A stretch of DNA of 64,000 nt from Thermoproteota archaeon (GTDB lineage Archaea; Thermoproteota; Nitrososphaeria_A; Caldarchaeales; Calditenuaceae), in contig JAUQPU010000001.1 of NCBI GenBank assembly GCA_030550235.1, positions 381,068 through 445,067 on the forward strand. The letters are read 5' to 3'. A program made the translations under genes and the position numbers. The notes below the pieces were generated by a model, which made no database searches, was not told the origin of the DNA, and worked only from the letters and a program-made list of their open reading frames with translations. Of the stretch, positions 58,572-64,000 are shown one piece after another; the first letter of the stretch is position 1; each line of letters opens with the position of its first letter.

Positions 58572-59904
58572 GCCTACGCAGCCTGTTAGCGTGTCAAGCA
58601 GATTTCTCCTATTATTGAGCCGAGACAGTCTTCTAAACACTATTGTGCTAACAGCTTTTATTACGCAGACACTCCATATGATAGAGCATAGCGCCCAGAT
58701 GTATCAGCACGTTGTCCTTGGCCTGCCAGCTAAGCTTTCTAACGGGCTCCTATTCTTCCTAGACCTAGAGTGGAATCACTTCCTCTTCAACACGCTCTAT
58801 TTAACATTTCTAATCATAATATTTGCAAGGCTGAAACCCTGGTTAACCACTGGCCTAAGTGAGAAGGAGATGCTCCCAATACTCTTCACCACTGGGCTAT
58901 TTATACAATCCTACCATGTTCTGGAACATACATACAGAATGTACGAGTTTCTAACAATAGGATGCACACCATGCTCAGGGATATTGGGAAGATTCTTTGA
59001 CATGGTTCACTTTCACTTTTTCTTAAACCTAGCTGCCTACCCGTTAATTGCTGCCTTGTTTGTTAAAGCCGGGGGTTTAAGACAGCTGCTCAATCCATCA
59101 CCGACAGACGAGACGCATGAGGCTCCTTGGCATAAGCTCGTCAAATCTCCTGCACCAGTATTGGGCATAGTTCTAGTTTATGGCCTTTATACTGGCTATT
59201 CTGTTGAAGCCTACCTGCTCGGCACAACAGTCTTTACAGCCATTGGTGTGGCACTATTTCTCTCCATTTTTGAAGGAGACCTGATACGAAACATTATGGA
59301 CGCTATTGTTGTTGCGTTTTTGGCAGTTATGTGCATCACGTCGTATTTTAGTGCATTGGCTATAGTCTTGGTCAGCCTCTTCTCTGCTAGGGTTTTGCAA
59401 AGATCAAGGGCTCCGGCGCTGAATTATATAGCATTCTCATTCGCAGCGATTCTTACTCTTTCTATGCCTTCGCTTGTTGCCTCACGGTGGGGCAACTACA
59501 ATCTCTACACCTTCTTCACATTGCTCCTTTTTCTCGGCCTCTCAATAAACGCCCTCTCTAAAACAACGGACATTGTTCTAGCTTATATCACTACATGGAT
59601 AACACTATTTATCCCTTTTGAGTTGGCACGGCTAGCCGTTGCTCCCGGCGAGGCGCTTCTCCTACTCCCATCCCACGCCCTAAAAGTGTTTACCAATCCT
59701 ATTTTGATCCTTATAGCCTTCTTCATCGTCCCGCTCCAGAATACTTTTCCACCAAAAAGGTGGCGTATAGTGTATCCAATAGGCTGTGTAACAATTTCTT
59801 TCTTACTATCCTACATCATTCCTATTGATGTAGCGGCCTTCTCTGGCATAGCACTAGCCAACATAGCATATATCGTTGTTGACTGGGCTCTCCACAGAGG
59901 ATAA
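58561..59904 (+). CDS. Multi-TM protein: His-rich duplicated N-terminal module plus RnfD/NqrB/UnbU-like C-terminal region
   Basis: QTLHMIEH..EWNH and QSYHVLEH..HFH; later LNY.AF, RWG, FF.VP..NT.P resembling RnfD/UnbU motifs. Confidence 0.65.
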   Translation: MKSEPTQPVSVSSRFLLLLSRDSLLNTIVLTAFITQTLHMIEHSAQMYQHVVLGLPAKLSNGLLFFLDLEWNHFLFNTLYLTFLIIIFARLKPWLTTGLSEKEMLPILFTTGLFIQSYHVLEHTYRMYEFLTIGCTPCSGILGRFFDMVHFHFFLNLAAYPLIAALFVKAGGLRQLLNPSPTDETHEAPWHKLVKSPAPVLGIVLVYGLYTGYSVEAYLLGTTVFTAIGVALFLSIFEGDLIRNIMDAIVVAFLAVMCITSYFSALAIVLVSLFSARVLQRSRAPALNYIAFSFAAILTLSMPSLVASRWGNYNLYTFFTLLLFLGLSINALSKTTDIVLAYITTWITLFIPFELARLAVAPGEALLLLPSHALKVFTNPILILIAFFIVPLQNTFPPKRWRIVYPIGCVTISFLLSYIIPIDVAAFSGIALANIAYIVVDWALHRG

Positions 59905-59924
59905 GAAGTGGCCTCTATCTACTG

Positions 59925-60677
59925 CTACGCCTGTTTTTCTCGGCTTTCCTCAACCTCTATCTCGCCGACCCTCACCTTCACCGCGACCCTCTCCTCCTCC
60001 CTCTCTATTTTTCCATCACGTATCCATAGAATCCTGTCAGATACATCTATCATCTTCAAGTCGTGGGTCGCTGCTATGACTGTAACTTTCCTATCCAAGT
60101 TAAGCTGTTTTAGCAGGTCTATAATTTGCCTGCCAGTCTTCAGGTCAAGGTTTCCGGTTGGCTCATCTGCCAGTATTATGCTTGGGTCATTGGCTAATGC
60201 CCTAGCTATCGCGACCCTCTGCTGCTGACCTCCGGAGAGTTCCATAGGTCTGTGATGGAGCCTGTCGCCAAGCCCAACTGTCTGGAGGAGTTCAGTAGCC
60301 TTTCTAAACCTATCCTCCCTGCTGACGCCTGCGAAAATCATGGGAAGCATCACATTCTCTAATGCCGTCAATGTTGGGATGAGATTAAAAGTTTGGAAGA
60401 TGTACCCAATCTTTCTATTTCTGAGCCAAGCCAGCTCGTATGAGTCTAGCTTCGAGATATCGACGCCATCGACATAGACTGTACCCTCCGTGGGCTTGTC
60501 TAGTCCACCGATCATGTTGAATAGAGTAGTCTTGCCTGAGCCTGAGGGGCCCATAATAGAGATATACTCGCCGCGATAGATCTTGAGATCAACGCCGTCT
60601 AGGGCTACAACATCAACTTTTCCCAGCTTATAGATCTTTTTTAAACCCTCGGTCGCGACTACGACCTCTCTTGCCAA
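59925..60677 (-). CDS. ABC ATP-binding protein (LolD/MacB type)
   Basis: GPSGSGKTT, IGYIFQTFNL, LSGGQQQRVAIARAL, ADEPTGNLD, THD. Confidence 0.96.
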   Translation of the reverse strand: MAREVVVATEGLKKIYKLGKVDVVALDGVDLKIYRGEYISIMGPSGSGKTTLFNMIGGLDKPTEGTVYVDGVDISKLDSYELAWLRNRKIGYIFQTFNLIPTLTALENVMLPMIFAGVSREDRFRKATELLQTVGLGDRLHHRPMELSGGQQQRVAIARALANDPSIILADEPTGNLDLKTGRQIIDLLKQLNLDRKVTVIAATHDLKMIDVSDRILWIRDGKIEREEERVAVKVRVGEIEVEESREKQA

Positions 60678-60712
60678 CTCACTCGGAATATGTTGTTCGC
60701 TAAATAAAAATC

Positions 60713-61813
60713 TTATGGAGAGCTTTCATATTCACGCTCGGTTAATTCTGAGAACTTTCTTGGGTTATAGGTTGATGGGCCTGAAGCGGGTGGGGCTGTA
60801 TTGAGTAGGAGCCCCCTCTCTAATACTTCCTCCCAGCTCAGTGTGTTAGTGGCGACTAATACCTCGATGGGTAGGAGCATTGGTTTTGGGAACCGTGCTT
60901 GGTCCTCAATGCTCAGCCGCGGGCAGGCAGTGTTGACGTAGGCATCGTAGGTGAAGTCAGCTAGGTTATTTACATCTATCTCGTCTGACATGATTATGCT
61001 TGCCTCTCGCCCGCTATCTATAATTATTTTTTTGAGCCTTTGTGCTAGCCCCATCATGTATTGGCCCGGCTTTCTGCTCACGAGTATCGCGACTCTCCGC
61101 GCCTCTCTGAATTTTTGAATCATGTAATACCTGGTGGCCAGTATTCTTTTGGCCCTCTCGCTCATCCATTCGACCCGTTGGGCGTGGGGGTCAACCATGA
61201 GCGTCGGTTTCTGGGATGTGAGGGCGATACCAAGAGCATGGAAGACTGAGCCCACGACAAGGAAGCTGTCAACCATCGATTCTATACTCTTCAACGATGT
61301 GTAGTCACATCCTAGGACCTGCCCCCTGTGAGCTAGGTGACCGCCGGGTTCACCTACCAAGACGGTGTATCCCATGGCTCTAAGATCGTTCGTGAACTGG
61401 GTTAGGTGGTTGAGCCACTGGACGCTAAGCCCCACGCCTACCTTCCTATACCCGTTTTTCTCCAACTCCGTCGATATTGACGAGATAAGGTCCCTTAGTG
61501 GCTTGTAGTCTCTGTAGCGCGCCTCGACGTAGAGTACTGGGAGCTCGGTGTGAGAGAGAAATGGCGCGTGTCCCACGTGTATGATGGCATCGGCCCCCAC
61601 CCTCCTAGCCTCTTCAATAGCTATGTCGCATCCGCCCCACGTCGGGCTTGATGAGATGATGGCCTCAACTCCAGTCTGGCGTACCATCCTATCCAGCTGC
61701 TCAGCCATGCCTCTAAGGCCTAGAGGGGATTGAATAAGTACCCGGCGGGGAGACACCATCCTCAACCATTCGAAGATCTCCGCACTGTCGAGCTCTACAG
61801 ACAGATTAACCAC
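60713..61813 (-). CDS. dph2: Diphthamide biosynthesis enzyme Dph2
   Basis: Q.P.GL, WGGCD, H.GH, GQVLGCD, K.GQ, TACPR (three Fe-S Cys). Confidence 0.95.
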   Translation of the reverse strand: MVNLSVELDSAEIFEWLRMVSPRRVLIQSPLGLRGMAEQLDRMVRQTGVEAIISSSPTWGGCDIAIEEARRVGADAIIHVGHAPFLSHTELPVLYVEARYRDYKPLRDLISSISTELEKNGYRKVGVGLSVQWLNHLTQFTNDLRAMGYTVLVGEPGGHLAHRGQVLGCDYTSLKSIESMVDSFLVVGSVFHALGIALTSQKPTLMVDPHAQRVEWMSERAKRILATRYYMIQKFREARRVAILVSRKPGQYMMGLAQRLKKIIIDSGREASIIMSDEIDVNNLADFTYDAYVNTACPRLSIEDQARFPKPMLLPIEVLVATNTLSWEEVLERGLLLNTAPPASGPSTYNPRKFSELTEREYESSP

Positions 61814-61828
61814 CCCTGTTAAACCATA

Positions 61829-61885
61829 GCTCAGACCACTTCGAGGCTCTTCACAATCTCCGCACTCGGCAAATTCATCATCGCC
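61829..61885 (-). ncRNA. Box C/D 2'-O-methylation guide sRNA
   Basis: C ATGATGA - guide ATTTGCCGAGTG - D' CGGA - GATT - C' GTGAAGA - guide GCCTCGAAGTGGT - D CTGA; canonical spacing, intergenic. Confidence 0.85.
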
Positions 61886-61946
61886 AAGATAAAATAGTAT
61901 GGGGCAGCTATTATGTATTGCTTACGAGTAAAAATTGACCCCGTGT

Positions 61947-62573
61947 TTATTTGACTTGGCGTCTAATTACTGGCTGCTTGGCTGGGATGTTAGGGAGTGT
62001 AGCCACTATTCTGCTGTATATTGCGTAGGCTGGGAGTACACTTAGGAAGACGTGTAGGATGTTGAAGATGGATGTGAAAGCCACCATCACTGTTGCGAGG
62101 GTTAAGTCTGACTCCACTGAGATACCTATGCCTCCTAGCACCTTCCTCGAGAAGGGAAGATAGACGCTCGGGAATAGATAATAATATAGGATAAAGGTGG
62201 CTGCTGCCATGATAACAGTCCTCAGGAGAAGAGACAGGGAGACGCCGTTCAGCGCCGTCGAGCCTCCCTTAATGCGAGACGCTATCTCCAATCCAGCGAT
62301 GGTGGTTAGAACAGCTAGGAGCTTCATGGTTGGCCCAACCAGCTGATGAAATGGTGTCCCGAAGTTTAGGGCAATCCAGTGGGCAATGGCCGCGACTAGT
62401 CCTCCGGAGAGGCCAAACAAGAGGTAGGCGAGAATGTCCGGTATCTCGGAGAAGTCGAACGACAGGAATGGCAGGAGAGGGAAGCGGATATGTAGCCTCA
62501 TCAGCGAGAGGGCGTAGGCCAGGGCTGCCAAAGTCGCCACGCCTGCAACCCATTTTGTATTAACTCGCACCAT
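61947..62573 (-). CDS. ECF transporter S component (RibU-like)
   Basis: FP.LPFL.FDFSEIP, FG...G, GP.MK, R..IM, FN..H. Confidence 0.85.
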   Translation of the reverse strand: MVRVNTKWVAGVATLAALAYALSLMRLHIRFPLLPFLSFDFSEIPDILAYLLFGLSGGLVAAIAHWIALNFGTPFHQLVGPTMKLLAVLTTIAGLEIASRIKGGSTALNGVSLSLLLRTVIMAAATFILYYYLFPSVYLPFSRKVLGGIGISVESDLTLATVMVAFTSIFNILHVFLSVLPAYAIYSRIVATLPNIPAKQPVIRRQVK

Positions 62574-62665
62574 AGCGTACTGATTAAAGAGAATAGAGTC
62601 TAATAAGTATGCAATTCATTGTCATATTCTTTGAGCATTAAATCACCAATAAATGAATCTCTATA

Positions 62666-62968
62666 TCACTCACTTGTGATAATTCCCATCGAAGCTAAGG
62701 AATTATACAATGACTCTATGTTCAGCCCCTTCTTGACCGATACAACCCTGCTCCGTCCCACCTCGTAGATGTTTACCAGTCCAGCCTTGCGAAGGATAGC
62801 TATGTGCCTATAGACCGCCGAATACCTCTTCTTCAACAATCGCGCGTATGCTTTAATGTGGAGTGGCCTTTCGTTCTCAGCAGCTATGAGGAGTATTTTG
62901 AGCCTGGTCGTGTTTCCGAGGGCATTAAATATTCCACCCAATTCAGCCAACTTCTGCTCCGACAACAT
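62666..62968 (-). CDS. ArsR/SmtB-family winged-helix regulator
   Basis: F.ALGN.TRL.IL, A..L....S.V..H...L..AGLV. Confidence 0.88.
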   Translation of the reverse strand: MLSEQKLAELGGIFNALGNTTRLKILLIAAENERPLHIKAYARLLKKRYSAVYRHIAILRKAGLVNIYEVGRSRVVSVKKGLNIESLYNSLASMGIITSE

Positions 62969-63049
62969 GTCAATTATATCTTAGATTAGTGTTTATAATA
63001 ATTATTATTTTTGATACTCAGCCATGTGTTGCTACTCATGCTTTATAAG

Positions 63050-63724
63050 ATGAGCCGGTATGGGGCACATAGAGGGGCGTTGCTTAAGAGTAGAGACTTT
63101 ATGATAGGAGCTGTTTTTGGTGGTCTAGCCTTCACGATGGGGTTTCTGCCCCTCAGCTTCATGTTCCCTCCTCTTCCCTACCTAAAGTTCGACTTCGCAG
63201 AGATCCCTTCCTTTATAGCGATGCTGATGTTCGGTCCAGCTATAGGATTCATATCCGCCACAAGCCACTTTATCGCGCTGCTCATGTTCGGGGAATGGAG
63301 CCCCGTTGGCCCCATAATGAAATATCTAGCGGTCTCATCTAGCCTTTTAGGTTTCTGGATGGCTGCTCGCCTGACAGATGGGAGGGGAATTAGGGTCTGC
63401 TCTCTCTCGCTGGCCCTATTCGGGGCCGCCGTAAGAGTGGTACTCTTGGGCCTAGCTAACTATGTTCTACTGACCGTCCTCTTCCCCTTTTTCCTGGACT
63501 TCGGGGCCCAGTCTCTAGCAAGCGTTATGGGGCTTACAATACCCACGTTCGAGGAAAAGCTCTTCTTCGTGCTATTATTCACAGGCTTCTACAACGCGCT
63601 ACATATTCCCCTCTCGATGATTCCAGCCCTACTCATCACGCGCTCCCTCGCGCCTGTCTCTCCCCTACTGGGCTCCTCATCACCTTGGATAACTACCGTT
63701 GCCCAGGCTAAGAGAAACAAGTAG
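63050..63724 (+). CDS. ECF transporter S component (RibU-like), paralogue of 61947..62573
   Basis: FPPLPYLKFDFAEIP, FGP..G, GP.MK, RV, YN..H; start 63050 or TTG 63080. Confidence 0.85.
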   Translation: MSRYGAHRGALLKSRDFMIGAVFGGLAFTMGFLPLSFMFPPLPYLKFDFAEIPSFIAMLMFGPAIGFISATSHFIALLMFGEWSPVGPIMKYLAVSSSLLGFWMAARLTDGRGIRVCSLSLALFGAAVRVVLLGLANYVLLTVLFPFFLDFGAQSLASVMGLTIPTFEEKLFFVLLFTGFYNALHIPLSMIPALLITRSLAPVSPLLGSSSPWITTVAQAKRNK

Positions 63725-63738
63725 AAGGCTGTAATGAG

Positions 63739-63999
63739 CTACATGACCCCTGGGGCGCGTCCCCGCTTATATAATCTCTCCAAAGCCCTCGCGGCTTTAA
63801 TCTGCTCTATCTCTTCGTCAAGCCTCCTATAGTCGAGCGTGATGCCGAGTATCTTTGATAATACCTCTAACACAGCCTTAGCGGCGGCAGGCTGTCTAAC
63901 ATGTGGGTCGCCGATTTCACCAAGCAGGCATGCGCCTGTCAGCCCCCGCTCGCGTGCAATCCCTAGTAATAGACCGTTAAATCCTGTAATGTATCCTTC
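63739..63999 (-). CDS. PAC2/proteasome assembly chaperone family protein, 3' part (runs off the window)
   Basis: Manual translation EGYITGFNGLLLGIARERGLTGACLLGE....QPAAAKAVLEVLSKILGITLDYRRL...RAPGVM*. Confidence 0.85.
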   Translation of the reverse strand, partial: EGYITGFNGLLLGIARERGLTGACLLGEIGDPHVRQPAAAKAVLEVLSKILGITLDYRRLDEEIEQIKAARALERLYKRGRAPGVM

Positions 64000-64000
64000 A

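Noticed and set aside
61831..61881. 16-codon minus-strand ORF MMNLPSAEIVKSLEVV
   Set aside because: The start and stop are simply box C (ATGATGA) and box D (CTGA) of the sRNA
1..64000. Numerous antisense/shadow ORFs; CRISPR arrays, transposases, integrases, rRNA
   Set aside because: Shadow ORFs overlap confidently identified genes; none of the other elements was detected by eye

Overview
A 64-kb, gene-dense chromosomal segment of an archaeon. Gene content (rpl7ae/rps28e/rpl24e/rps17e/rpl40e, PoK/PPS CoA route, IDI-2, Dph2, a CxHLWC-type Rieske-cytochrome b pair, a wHTH-ATP-cone-NrdD-like fusion) suggests a thermophilic Nitrososphaerota/Aigarchaeota-like organism; this is an inference. About 1-42.5 kb is mostly housekeeping and cofactor metabolism: carAB, pantothenate operon, thiL, leuS, F420 genes, tRNA-Ile2(CAT), a Liv-type ABC transporter and trpB2. 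About 42.6-60.7 kb is an accessory membrane-protein locus of unknown function. It holds a stand-alone PqqD/RRE protein, two FtsX/MacB permeases (one with a CARF-like tail), two divergent OPT/DUF6785-like transporters, a LolD-type ATPase, YcjR/YcjS-like and IolE-like sugar enzymes, a GT-C glycosyltransferase and an UnbV/UnbU-like pair. Elements read directly from the DNA and missing from the ORF track: a K-loop over the rpl7ae start codon, a box C/D guide sRNA upstream of dph2, rpl40e, the true 5' end of cofD (no canonical start codon) and a partial PAC2-family gene. No CRISPR array, integrase or transposase was seen. All family assignments come from recalled motifs, not database searches.
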